From Eukaryota sp. TZLM1-RC (Eukaryota > Protista > Metamonada: BaSk clade), in contig JAUPSS010000004.1 of NCBI GenBank assembly GCA_040285825.1, forward strand, positions 3,080,550 to 3,144,549: 64,000 bases of DNA, read 5' to 3'. Both the position numbers and the translations under genes were made by a program. Below are positions 22,295 through 32,551 of this stretch, one piece after another. The notes under the pieces were generated by a model. It had not been told where the DNA came from and did not search any database. It saw nothing but the letters and a program-made list of their open reading frames with translations. Position 1 is the stretch's first letter. Each line of letters opens with the position of its first letter.

Positions 22295-25204
22295 TTATTT
22301 GTTCGAACCCGGGATTATGGGAAGAGTATGTTTATAATGAACTTGTTGCGCAATGCTTCCTACGTTGAACGACAGAATACCAGTTGCACTCCCTAGCGAT
22401 TTTGTGGATACGTTATTAGCTGGTAAGAACTTAATGGTATCCTTGCTATTGATTGACATATGGCATTGTTCAGCTAAATCTGCAGTAATAACTGAACAAA
22501 ACGCAGCCGAATCTATAGTCGCAATCATTTTAATATCATTTATTGATATCTCCAGTCTTAGAAATGGAGAACGCTGGGACCTGATGTGGTTTTCACTAAC
22601 CGTAGAATTAATATCAAAAATACTATTGATATCAGAGCTGGATTGGTGAATTTGTAGAGGAATTAAAAAATTTTGTTGAGCTGTTGGAAAGTTGTTGACT
22701 GGGTTTCCTAAATCGGTTGTTGATTGATTGTCATTGATTGCGTTGATGTGTACCCGATTAGGTAAGTTGCCTGTCCTGCTGTTCCGGTTGCTGTTGTTGA
22801 TCCGTCTGTGAGGAACCGTACTCGAACGGGTCGGTTTTGACTCAGTAGGGGATGCGTTTGATGATATATCCTCTGTAGTGTTGATGTTATACATAGGTCT
22901 GTACTGACCTCTTCCTTTATGACCTTTAAAACGGCCTCCACGGCCTCTAAATTTGAATCTATGTACACATCTACCACAGCCACCTCGGCCCCTTTCTACA
23001 CTGCCTCTACTAGCAGGCGCCTCCTGTTCTTCTAATCTGAATCTTTCTTCTTTGGGAACTCTGCTTCTAGCACAACGAGGATCTTTGCATTCGAATACAG
23101 TGTGGCCAACAGGATTGTTACCTTCGACGTTGCTGCAGAATGTACAGAATTTTGACCCTTCTCGTTCATGCTTTTCAGGGATGTATTTGTGTTGAGGGGT
23201 TCCTCTTGACTTTCCACCTGATCGTCTTGCTCGTTTTGATGGAGCCTGGGCTGATGGTGTTGCTCCTCTTGAGTAAGTTCTCATCGCCGTGAGTCCCAAA
23301 GGAATATCTTCTTCGTTAGCCCTGTTCCTTAGTACATCCATTGTGGGCTTGTTTCCTGCTGTGTAACACCAAGCGAGGAAATGTCTTCTCGTTGTCGATA
23401 TCAAATCGAGTAGAGTTGTTCTGTTCGGTGAGTCCCACAAGGATTCCCTAGTCCATACTGGGAGGAGTTCGCTCGATATAGCAAAGTTGTCCAAACCCAT
23501 AAGAAAGTACTCGGCTATTAGAGCGGGAGATATGGTTATCAGCCCACTGCTTCCTCTAATTAAATCGGGGATGGTTAGGTCGGTCATGTAGGTGGTCATT
23601 CTCAAGACGTCTCCAAAATCTTCTACATAACGACCAAACTCGTTGTCAGCCTCATGCCTATTGTGGATTTTTCTCCAGTTGATTCTAGGCTTCATTAGAG
23701 CTGTACAAGCCTCATGATATGATGTGAATTGTGTTCTTTTTAACAGAAATACCATGACGTCGGCGTCGGTATAGTCAACACCGAGTAAACCTTGACTCTG
23801 CCATCTGGATAGAAGGCTAGGGTCAATCTTGCTGGATATTCCTGTAGGGCAAGTGCTCATCATCATGCTCCTAAATAAATCATAATGGTGGATTGGGGGT
23901 CCGAGCTTATCTGTTATAGCTGGGTCAATCCTTACCAAAGGCTGTGTTGTATCCCTGGTGATCTCGTCGCGTATGTGTTTGGGGAGATCTTTAATCCTAT
24001 CTTGGGTTATTTCTGCTTGGCCTTCTCCAAATAACTGGGTAGCTATCATAAAGGCTCTGGTCCAATCTGATTGACCTGGGGCTTCAAAGCTTCTATTAGC
24101 TATCTTTCGCCCGTATTTATCCCAAGTTTGATATTTTAAAAGAAAAGCTATGATAGACATTTTGTTGATAGGGTCGTCAGCGGATAATCGAGGTCTTTTA
24201 TAGTCGATATCCTTAGACCGTGGATCAATCTGTCTATGAAGGCTACTAGCTATGCTCATGTCAATAGCTCTTCTTGAGGATTGTAGGTCCTCAATACGCA
24301 TAGATCTGTCGGAAGAAGAGTTTCTTACTGAGGGTTGAGGAGGAGCCGTTTCTCCAACGACTGGCCCGTTCAACTCTATGTCTTCTCCGATTTCACATTC
24401 TATAGGTTGAGAGGAAGTTGGTTCTTCCTGAGGAGCAACGTCTTGTCTAGTTACAGGTTCCGGGACGTTCACTGTTGGAACGTGTTCGGGTATGCTGTCA
24501 ATAGAGCAGACCTGTATTGGTTGGCTTTTTTCAGAAATAATGGGGGCTACAACAGGCAGTTTGGGAAGGTGGAGAGATGTGGATGGATCTCCCGTTACCC
24601 ATTGTCTAAACTCTCGTTGTTTCGTGAACAAGTTACCATGTTGTTGGATGTAGTTGTTAGGACGGCTCCTATACGTGGATACAGCTGATCGTTCCGTATG
24701 AATGTTATTTAAAGCGTCTGCATCAAACCAGGGTGTTACTGGTTCAAGCTTGTCTTGTTCACTACTATCCTCCTGCTCCATAAATTCCCTAAAATATGTG
24801 GGAGCACCCTCTGTCAGCTCCGTGTAATTATGGATTTCCGTATCAAAGTTAGGGTCAAACCAGGCAGGCAATTTGGATTGTAGGATGTCTTCTGAGTCGG
24901 TCCTACTTCTCTGCTCGATGGAGAGAAACCTTATTCTCCTGCCGTGTTGATCTAGGAAGAAGGCCTTCCAATCCAATCTATCTTTGATGGGAAGAGACAT
25001 CATTTCATTGATTCTCTTGTCCATTCCAGAGATTCTGGGGCGGCGCTCTGCGTTACGCCCGAATGTCTCTCTACTCAGTTTATCAAGTGCCTTTATAAGT
25101 TCATTCCTTTCATTGAGGGGATTTCCAATACCTTTTGGGTATCCCCAATCATTCCGAGGGTCTGGAAACCAACGTTTCTGCCTCTTTTTTGAATGTGACT
25201 CCAT
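22295..25204 (-). CDS. Gypsy gag-protease (zinc knuckle, aspartic protease IDSAA)
   Basis: CTFC..GHTVFEC knuckle, RGG tract, MIATIDSAA. In frame with pol through a single TAA at 22295-22297 (NK*LIGTDM). Confidence 0.85.
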   Translation of the reverse strand: MESHSKKRQKRWFPDPRNDWGYPKGIGNPLNERNELIKALDKLSRETFGRNAERRPRISGMDKRINEMMSLPIKDRLDWKAFFLDQHGRRIRFLSIEQRSRTDSEDILQSKLPAWFDPNFDTEIHNYTELTEGAPTYFREFMEQEDSSEQDKLEPVTPWFDADALNNIHTERSAVSTYRSRPNNYIQQHGNLFTKQREFRQWVTGDPSTSLHLPKLPVVAPIISEKSQPIQVCSIDSIPEHVPTVNVPEPVTRQDVAPQEEPTSSQPIECEIGEDIELNGPVVGETAPPQPSVRNSSSDRSMRIEDLQSSRRAIDMSIASSLHRQIDPRSKDIDYKRPRLSADDPINKMSIIAFLLKYQTWDKYGRKIANRSFEAPGQSDWTRAFMIATQLFGEGQAEITQDRIKDLPKHIRDEITRDTTQPLVRIDPAITDKLGPPIHHYDLFRSMMMSTCPTGISSKIDPSLLSRWQSQGLLGVDYTDADVMVFLLKRTQFTSYHEACTALMKPRINWRKIHNRHEADNEFGRYVEDFGDVLRMTTYMTDLTIPDLIRGSSGLITISPALIAEYFLMGLDNFAISSELLPVWTRESLWDSPNRTTLLDLISTTRRHFLAWCYTAGNKPTMDVLRNRANEEDIPLGLTAMRTYSRGATPSAQAPSKRARRSGGKSRGTPQHKYIPEKHEREGSKFCTFCSNVEGNNPVGHTVFECKDPRCARSRVPKEERFRLEEQEAPASRGSVERGRGGCGRCVHRFKFRGRGGRFKGHKGRGQYRPMYNINTTEDISSNASPTESKPTRSSTVPHRRINNSNRNSRTGNLPNRVHINAINDNQSTTDLGNPVNNFPTAQQNFLIPLQIHQSSSDINSIFDINSTVSENHIRSQRSPFLRLEISINDIKMIATIDSAAFCSVITADLAEQCHMSINSKDTIKFLPANNVSTKSLGSATGILSFNVGSIAQQVHYKHTLPIIPGSNK

Positions 25205-25797
25205 AAAGGGGGAAGCTGCTCGAACAGACAGAAATCTGTTGGTTCGAGGTAAGCCTCCGCATCCTCTCTTAATAACTTGTAGAACCCCTCGGAAGAGTCG
25301 TCTTCTCCCTCCATTTCATCCAGTTGAGATTGAATTTCTTCATATTCTCCTAATGGGGAAGACGTGTCTAAGGTGGGATTTCCATCCGTTCCCTTTGAGA
25401 CAGGTTCTAGAATTGGGAGGGGAGAGGGAGCCGGGTCCGTTCTCGTTGCCTCCGAGGACAATTCTGCATACTTGAGGGGAGAGGGAGCCGGGTCCGTTCT
25501 CGTTGCCTCTTCCATTGCTTTGAGGGGAGAGGGAGCTGGGTCCGTTCTCGTAACCCCTTCTGTTTCCTTTTTCCTGAGGGGAGAGGGAGCCGGGTCCGTT
25601 CTCGTTACCTCTTCTGTTACTGAAGATGGAGGGACCTCGTCCACTCTTTCATCTTCTTCTATTTTAAGGGAGGGGGAGGTGGGATCCAGGTCCGTTGCCT
25701 CGTTACCCTCTATATCATGTATCTGTGCCACTGGTACCTGCTGCATATTAAGTGGGGGATTAGAGTCAGAGATATCTGGTTGGGAGATGTCTGACAT
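25093..25797 (-). CDS. Gypsy upstream acidic ORF with TRTDPAPSPL repeats
   Basis: First ORF after the 5' LTR; overlaps gag, which is in the -1 frame. Confidence 0.65.
   Translation of the reverse strand: MSDISQPDISDSNPPLNMQQVPVAQIHDIEGNEATDLDPTSPSLKIEEDERVDEVPPSSVTEEVTRTDPAPSPLRKKETEGVTRTDPAPSPLKAMEEATRTDPAPSPLKYAELSSEATRTDPAPSPLPILEPVSKGTDGNPTLDTSSPLGEYEEIQSQLDEMEGEDDSSEGFYKLLREDAEAYLEPTDFCLFEQLPPLWSHIQKRGRNVGFQTLGMIGDTQKVLEIPSMKGMNL
25418..25703 (-). repeat. Coding tandem repeat (TRTDPAPSPL x4 plus one degenerate unit)
   Basis: ggagagggagc(c/t)gggtccgttctcgt repeated four times. Confidence 0.9.
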
Positions 25798-25874
25798 GCT
25801 GTAAAGTGTCTGGGGATGTTTACTAATGCTGAAGTTATGGTATACCTTTTGACTTTAAAATGGCCAATAATTAT

Positions 25875-25953
25875 TGTTGCCTAAAGTCTATTGTAGTAAA
25901 GAAAAGTCTGATTTATTTTCTATTCATATAATATAAGCCTTAGGGCGCCAACA
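25875..25953 (-). repeat. 5' LTR (79 bp)
   Basis: Direct repeat of 18780..18858. Confidence 0.95.
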
Positions 25954-26152
25954 CTAGGCCATGGAGAAATGCCCAACTGTGAAATGCCATGCTTATTTCA
26001 GATGTCGATCTGATGTGTGTAGAGAAGATTGTGATGGAAAGGATAAGATATATATATGGAATCGTAACAAGTTAGCATGTATCAACATCAATGCAATTGT
26101 AGATTATTTTGTAGAGGATAGTATTGGTGATAGGCCTCCATATTTGTCTTAA
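25954..26152 (+). pseudogene. Exonuclease-Fanzor1 copy 2, 3' part (second half of zinc finger plus RuvC-III)
   Basis: Removing the Gypsy restores ENPRPWR, then KCHAYFRCRSDVC...IWNRNKLACININ...RPPYLS*. NRN at 26060-26068. Confidence 0.85.
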
Positions 26153-26949
26153 GCTAGAGCCTTTTACTACAGTGATTCTGTGGCATTTTTGGATTTTTCC
26201 ACTGATAAAACAATTGGCACATCAAAACTATTGAGGAAATTATTGAAAAAGTAATCCATTGATGGCATTAGAAGGTTTTTCGTTTTTGAAAAAAGAGCGC
26301 GTGGAAAGCTTGTCGTCAGAGTAAACTTACTTAAATGTTTTATCCTTTCAAATTCTCCAATTTCAAGAATAGTTGATGGAATGGATATTCAATCCAAGTT
26401 ATATTCATTTGATGTTATTCGTCATCTAGTTTCACTTTGAGGTAATAATTATAAAATTTCCAAACAGTTATTTGGAAAATTGACCAAATGATGGAATTGA
26501 ATGTAATGTACATAAACACATTAAATTAACTATTAAGATTCTGTTTCAATTCAAATTTCAATAATATATTTCGCTCTATTAAATATCTTATCTCTAGATC
26601 TGTAGCTTAAAAGTTTAATGAATTGCGTGCTAGAGTATTGTTTCAACTGCTAGGGTGTAAAATGTGCCAGTTTCCCAATCATCCTTATCACAATTAGGGT
26701 TGACTAACGTCTATTGTTGCTTCGTGTGCTTTTATTAATGGATGTAGAAATGTCATGTTTGAGTTTTCCGACAGAATTGTAGATTGGAAACATATAGTAG
26801 TGACAACTCAAAATTCAACTATTTTTGCCTTAACAGAAGAAATTTCGAAAATTTCGATAAATTGAAAGAACCGAAAAATAAATGGATTCGATGCTTCCCT
26901 AATAACTTTATGCCAATAATCATGAAACAAATTATTTGAATTCAATATA

Positions 26950-27660
26950 CTCCCTTCGAACATTACAAAAACGAATGACTAAAGTGTATGAAGATGATAT
27001 TTTTAAAATATATGCAGCTCGGCTGTCGTACATCAACATCTCCGCTCATTGTTATAAGAAAGTGGTGTATGTGAGAATAAGTCATGAGACTCATCACTAT
27101 TAGTCACCATTGTGCCACCAAGGTTGGGGCTATTTGCTAATAATGAAGGTTTTGTAACAATAATAACATGATAATAGAGGTTATATTTACTGCGATTGGA
27201 TTAATAACTCCGAAGTTGTTGTTGATTTTGTCTCCTGTAATGTTGCAAATGACACTGTGGTTCAAAGAAGGAATTTTAATCTTGTGAATGCTCTTAAATA
27301 GAAAGCGAATGAAAAACAATGAAAATATGACCATTATTTTGAAGAAGCCAATACTGATAAAAACAGACCACTTTTTTATTGCTTTTCAATTTTCTATAAA
27401 CGAAAGACTATCAGAAAAAGCAGTTGAATGATTTCCAAAGATTGGTTCAAAAGAAAACAATGAAGAGATTTGATGTCTTTTTGTGGTGGTCACGAATTCA
27501 ATTTGCAATAATTAAGAGGTCACCTAGGTTCTTCCATCAAATAAGAGAAGTAATGGTCAGAAATCAAGCAGATCAGGATTTTGTAGAGGAAATCTTGGTT
27601 TATTCAATTTAGTCCCATTAGATCTGATTTAATTTTACTAAGTGATGTAGTTCAATAAAA
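26950..27660 (+). mobile_element. Degenerate CRE-like RLE element related to family A
   Basis: QKKTMKRFDVFLWWSRIQFAII..QADQDFVEEIL; homologous to 59733..60680. Confidence 0.75.
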
Positions 27661-27830
27661 TTTATCGGTACATCGCAATTGGATTAATTCTGAGTTTGTA
27701 AAGTGTTTAAATTCAATCAAAATTGAAGACTTTTTTTGAATTTTGAGATTTTCTTCACATCTTTTGACCTTATTGACCTTTGTTCATTGACTATTCAAAC
27801 ACCTCATCCTTCCACCACCACTACACTTCA

Positions 27831-30635
27831 ATGACTTTTGACATCGAAACCTTCGCTTCAGTCTCTATCACTCCCACTGACTGTGTTCGTTGTACGCGAG
27901 AATGCTCTCGTTGCGATGTTCAGCCTTCCAGAGCTGAACTCTCCAGTGACTGGTCTGCTCCATCTCTTTGGACCGAACCTGAAATTGTCAATGAAGCCGC
28001 CAGGTGCCTCTACTGTAAGGAACCTGCTTGCCAGACTGGTTGTCCCGCAGCTGTCAATGTTCGTGATATGATCAAGGCCGCCGGTGCTAGAAACCCCTTC
28101 TATGGTGGTTACCTCGCTTTCACTGCTAATCCCCTAGCCCTCACCACTGCCTATCTCTGTGAATGTAATGAGGCTCAGTGCCAGTCATCTTGTGTCCTCA
28201 ACAAGACCAACATGGGACCCATTGCTGTCAAGGAAATCCAAAAGTACGTTTGTGATCAGTTTTTGAACCTTGGCATCCCCCAACAGCGCCATCCTGCCTT
28301 CCCTGCTCGCTCTGAACACGTTGCTGTTATTGGATCTGGGCCAGCTGGTCTCTCTGCCGCTTCTTTCCTTGCTAGGGTTGGAGTCAAAGTAACTGTTTTC
28401 GAGAAGGAAGCCACCATTGGAGGTCTGTTAACCACACAGATTCCCTCCCACCGTCTCCCTGCTGATGTTATTGAACGTGAAAGCCGCCTTATCAAGGATC
28501 TTGGTGTTGTATTCAAGCTTGGTACCAGTGTCTCTATTGAGGAACTCGGTGACTATAACGCTGTTTTTGCTGGATTTGGTGCATATAAGGACGTTTTACC
28601 CAGCTTTAATCTGCCTCAAAACCCCAACGTTCACCTCGCTTCTGCTTTCCTTTCTAATGCCAAGAAAGCAGTGGAAATGGACCTTAGAGGCAAGAGAGTT
28701 ACTGTCCTTGGCAGTGGTAACAGTGCTATTGATTGTGCCGAAATTGCTTATCGCCTGGGTGCAAGTCATGTCACTCTTGCTTTTAGAAAAGAGTTTTCCC
28801 AGATCAGAGCTTCTAAAGATGGTTTAATTAAGAGCCTGTCTGAAGGTGTTGAGTTTCTACCATGTGCTAAGCCCATTGGAGTTGTTGAGAAGGATTCCAA
28901 TATTAATATCAAGTTTATTCGAATGATGAGAAGTGGATCTGATTACACTGAAACCTCTGATGTCATGAATGTTACTACTGATGTTGTAGTTTTGGCTTTT
29001 GGTACAAGACAGCATGTTTCCTTCACTGATGTTGATAGAAGTACTGGTAGAGTTGCAGATTCAAATGTCTTCCTTGGAGGTGATGCTTTTGGCTCAAAGT
29101 CTGTCATTGAAGCCGTCAACGATGGAAGAACTGCTGCTGCAGCCATTTATGAGTTGTTTGCTAAACAAAAACTAGATAAGTTCCCTCCAATGCACACTCC
29201 TGTAAATGAAGTTGATATCTCTACAAATATTGATGGTATTCACTACCCCAACCCTTTTGCTATTTCTTCCGCTCCAATATCTTTAACATTTGATCACATT
29301 AAAAAATGTTATGATGCTGGTTTTGGTGCTGCCGTCACTAAAACTATTACGTTAAACTCAATGATTCATGTTGAAAATGCCGTTAGAAGTTTGTTATTTT
29401 TCTCCAACTAACCCCAGTTAATAAACTTGATCACATTACCAGAGGCAACACTGGTTGGTCTAATCTTTGTATGATCACTGATCACACTATCGAAACTTGG
29501 GTAGAATGGGTTGAGCAACTCAAAAAGGAGTATCCGGATAGGGTTTTGATTGTTTCTATTATGGGACCTGACAACAAGGAGGCGTGGGAAAATCTTGCTA
29601 CTACCTTTGAGAAGGCGGGAGCTGATGCTTTGGAACTAAATCTTTCTTGTCCTAACCAATGTTCTTCTGAAGATTCGTTCAGTGATCCAGATGCAGTGAT
29701 GGCCATGGCCCTAGGTAAAATTCCATCTGCCGTAACAAGAAGTTTGTTTTCCTTTCTTTTTTGTTTTAATCTCAGTTACCAACTGGGTGTCCTCCGCAGT
29801 AGACATTCCTGTATACACCAAACTTACACCTAACGTAGAACCAATTGCTGATTTTGCAAAGGCCGCTAGAGCTGGTATTGTTGAAGGAAAACGTGGTGGT
29901 GTTACTTTTAGCAACACATTCTCTGGTCTGGCCGGAATCATGCCCAATGGATTACCTTATCCACAAGTAGGAAAGTCTAGAACAATGCTTGAAAGTTACG
30001 GCATTTCTGGCACTACCATTCGTCCATTTGTACTAGCAGGACTTGTCTCAATTAGACAGGCTTTATCTCCTTCCCAACTCTCAATTCTTGGTGTCGGTGG
30101 TGTTGAAAATGCTAAATCTGCATTAGAATTAATTCAAGCAGGGGCTAATATGGTTCAAATCTGCTCTGCCGTCCAACTCTATGATTATTCTATTGTTCAA
30201 GAATTCATTGCTGGCCTTAAATTCTTCTTATACGCTCACTCTACGCCTCGTCTCCGTGCTTGGTTAGACTCTTGTTATGAGCAATCTAGGCTTCCTCATT
30301 GCAATACTTCATGGGCCAATGAATCACCTATTGCTGATTCCAAGCCTGTTAGTCTTGACTCTCAAGTTGCAAAGGCCCTTGAGTTTATTGTAGGTCGTGA
30401 TGATCTTGAAGGTCCTGACAAATGGTTTTCAAAGGCTCAGATCAACCCATCCCTTTGTATTGGGTGTGGTGGATGTGCTAGCAGTTGTGACAGCAATGGA
30501 GGACAGGCAATTCAAAAGAAGGGTGATGTCTATTTTGTCGACACTGATGCCTGTATTGGTTGCTCTCTATGTGCTTTAGGGGTTTGTCCTCAGAATGCTA
30601 TTGATATGGTTGAAGTATCTCCATTGAAGTTATAG
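27831..30635 (+). CDS. DPYD: Dihydropyrimidine dehydrogenase (NADP+), introns 29389..29417 and 29742..29775
   Basis: EAARCLYCKEPACQTGCP Fe-S, GSGPAG FAD, GSGNSAIDC NADPH, NPFAISSAP/TKT, ELNLSCPN, KLTPN, C-terminal 2x[4Fe-4S]. Both GTTTGT..CAG introns restore the frame. Confidence 0.93.
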
Positions 30636-30972
30636 TTTTTATTCTGTGTTACTGATTCAATATATAATTATTTTTCGTTTCTTTTGTTCATTTTTAAACT
30701 CAATCACAACTGTCAGTTTGAATTTGTATGTTGCTAGTGATGTCGTTCTTGAAGTGACTCAAAAAAAATGAAAAAAATTTCTCATAAAATTGTGACGAAC
30801 ATCGTATTGTGGGGATTAACAAAGGCAAAATAAAACAATTATATCCAATATTTTCATTTCCTTCATGTATGTGTTCAGTGACTCCGAAAACGGAAAATTA
30901 CAACAAAAAATCTCAAACCATATAGTAAAAACTTCAAATAGATTCAAAAAGAACAATCCGATCGATCGGTGC

Positions 30973-31263
30973 TTATTTAGTTGATTCCAAATGACTTATT
31001 TGCTCCACTAGATGAGCATGACCTTCGGCCACGAATTCCAAAGTTTGTCCACAAAACTGATTCCACTGTTGATCCATTGAATCATGGAATGAGTCAATGT
31101 CCTTCAAAAAAGAGTCCATTTCCAGGCATGCAGAATCAAAGGCTTCATCTAAAGAGGAGCAAGAACGTCTGATTTGTGACCATGTGGTGTGAAGTTTAGC
31201 AATGCGGTCATCAACAATCTTTTGGGTACTGGCAAGAGCTCGAAGTTCAGAAAGGGTTGACAT
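30973..31263 (-). CDS. Small hypothetical helical protein (ATG at 31263)
   Basis: Host-like composition in an AT-rich background. No family recognised. Confidence 0.5.
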   Translation of the reverse strand: MSTLSELRALASTQKIVDDRIAKLHTTWSQIRRSCSSLDEAFDSACLEMDSFLKDIDSFHDSMDQQWNQFCGQTLEFVAEGHAHLVEQISHLESTK

Positions 31264-31374
31264 TGGCTTCAACAACGCTGTTCAGATATGAAGAAAAGTA
31301 ACTGGTTGAGATACTATACTAGTTTTTACGGCCTGTGGGAAATTCCCATTAGAACACGATCAATTTTCGTGTGG

Positions 31375-32022
31375 AATAATTACAAAAACTATCTACTAGA
31401 TAGGTACTGAGGCCTTTCATTACCACTCATTCTAGCTTCAGCAATTGTAAACATATTCAGACAAGCCAGCTTATTTCTATTGAAAAGCTTTGTTGAGCCT
31501 TTGTTAGTACAAATTTGTTACGAACAAATTCTATTGCAATATTGTATCAATCTGTGTGGATAATGTTGTTGAATTTATAGCTCTTCTGTTTGAGCATTGG
31601 TTTGTTTTAAATCTAGAGTATTAGACCAAAAGTCAAATTGCTGAGGTGGTTTGAATTTCGTAATTTGGGCTAATGCATTGGACATTTTCAGCGTCTGTGT
31701 AGATGATAAATCATCAGTTATTGTTTGTTTAACAATTGTCCATATTGTTCTTGTATCAATGGGAAAATATTCAGGGCCTACAGTGGTTGAAACAGGAGAA
31801 ATATGATAAGGTTTTTCTCTCTACTGGAGATATATTGGACAATTGTAATTGCTGGTTTTAGGAATATTTAAGGATCTGTTTCCACAGCGTCTGCAAGAAA
31901 ATGTATATTCACTGGAAATATGTTATCAACTAAATTCTCGTCATTGACCAAATTCTCAATTTGACAAGTAAATGGCTCAATAAGACCTTCAAATATGTCT
32001 CTAAGTTCATTATTTCTTATAT
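31375..32022 (-). pseudogene. Fanzor1 copy 3: internally deleted derivative of the copy-1 family
   Basis: 31519..32022 matches about 4418..4920 and 31375..31510 matches about 5790..5925. RuvC-I, RuvC-II and the zinc finger are deleted. KLFNRNKLACLNM retained (NRN 31473-31481). Confidence 0.88.
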
Positions 32023-32140
32023 ATTCATATAAGCTGATTTGTTTTGAAAAAGGGAAGCAGCAGTGTTAGCGCCCTAAGGCTTAGATTATATGAATGGAAA
32101 ATAAATCCTCTTTGTTTTAACTCCACGACTTGAGGCAACT
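32023..32140 (+). mobile_element. 3' end (polypurine tract plus 77-bp LTR at 32064..32140) of a Gypsy related to 18780..25953
   Basis: attcatataagctgattt.ttttgaaaaagggaag..gcag-TGTTaGCGCCCTAAGGCTT...ggcaac matches the reverse complement of 18780..18900. Confidence 0.85.
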
Positions 32141-32551
32141 TTGACACAGAATTCCATCACATACCAGATTCTGTTTCCACTTCCCAATGCCACCACCAAC
32201 GAAGCAAGCTCGTCTGAAGGATGTCATTACAATACCAGACAACCCCCCCCCCCCCACGAAGCAATAATTCTTCAATCTCCACCTTATCTACCATAACAAC
32301 CTCTCCTTTCATTGTTACTCCAAATAAGTTCATTTTATTGAATTGTTGTTTAGTCGAAAATTGGTTCTGTAATTTGTTATTCCAATATTCTGGAATTCAG
32401 CAATTCCAAAATGAAAAAGTTGGAATTTAAAAATATGATTAAACTATCATTTTATCGAAGATGGTTTGTTTAAAATAGGTAAAGTTCTTTACTATTCGCA
32501 ATAATAGTCCAATATCCACACATTATGTACACAATAATCCTAAACCCAACC

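Larger units (their letters stand above)
18780..25953 (-). mobile_element. Full-length Ty3/Gypsy LTR retrotransposon with chromodomain-like integrase tail
   Basis: 79-bp TG...CA LTRs, CTAG TSD (18776-18779 and 25954-25957), polypurine tract GAAAAAGGGAAGAAGCAG next to the 3' LTR, gene order gag-PR-RT-RH-IN. Confidence 0.95.

Noticed and set aside
25418-25610. CRISPR-like repeat-spacer array
   Set aside because: The ~30-bp repeats keep the reading frame and encode TRTDPAPSPL inside a Gypsy ORF. Eukaryotic context with no cas genes.
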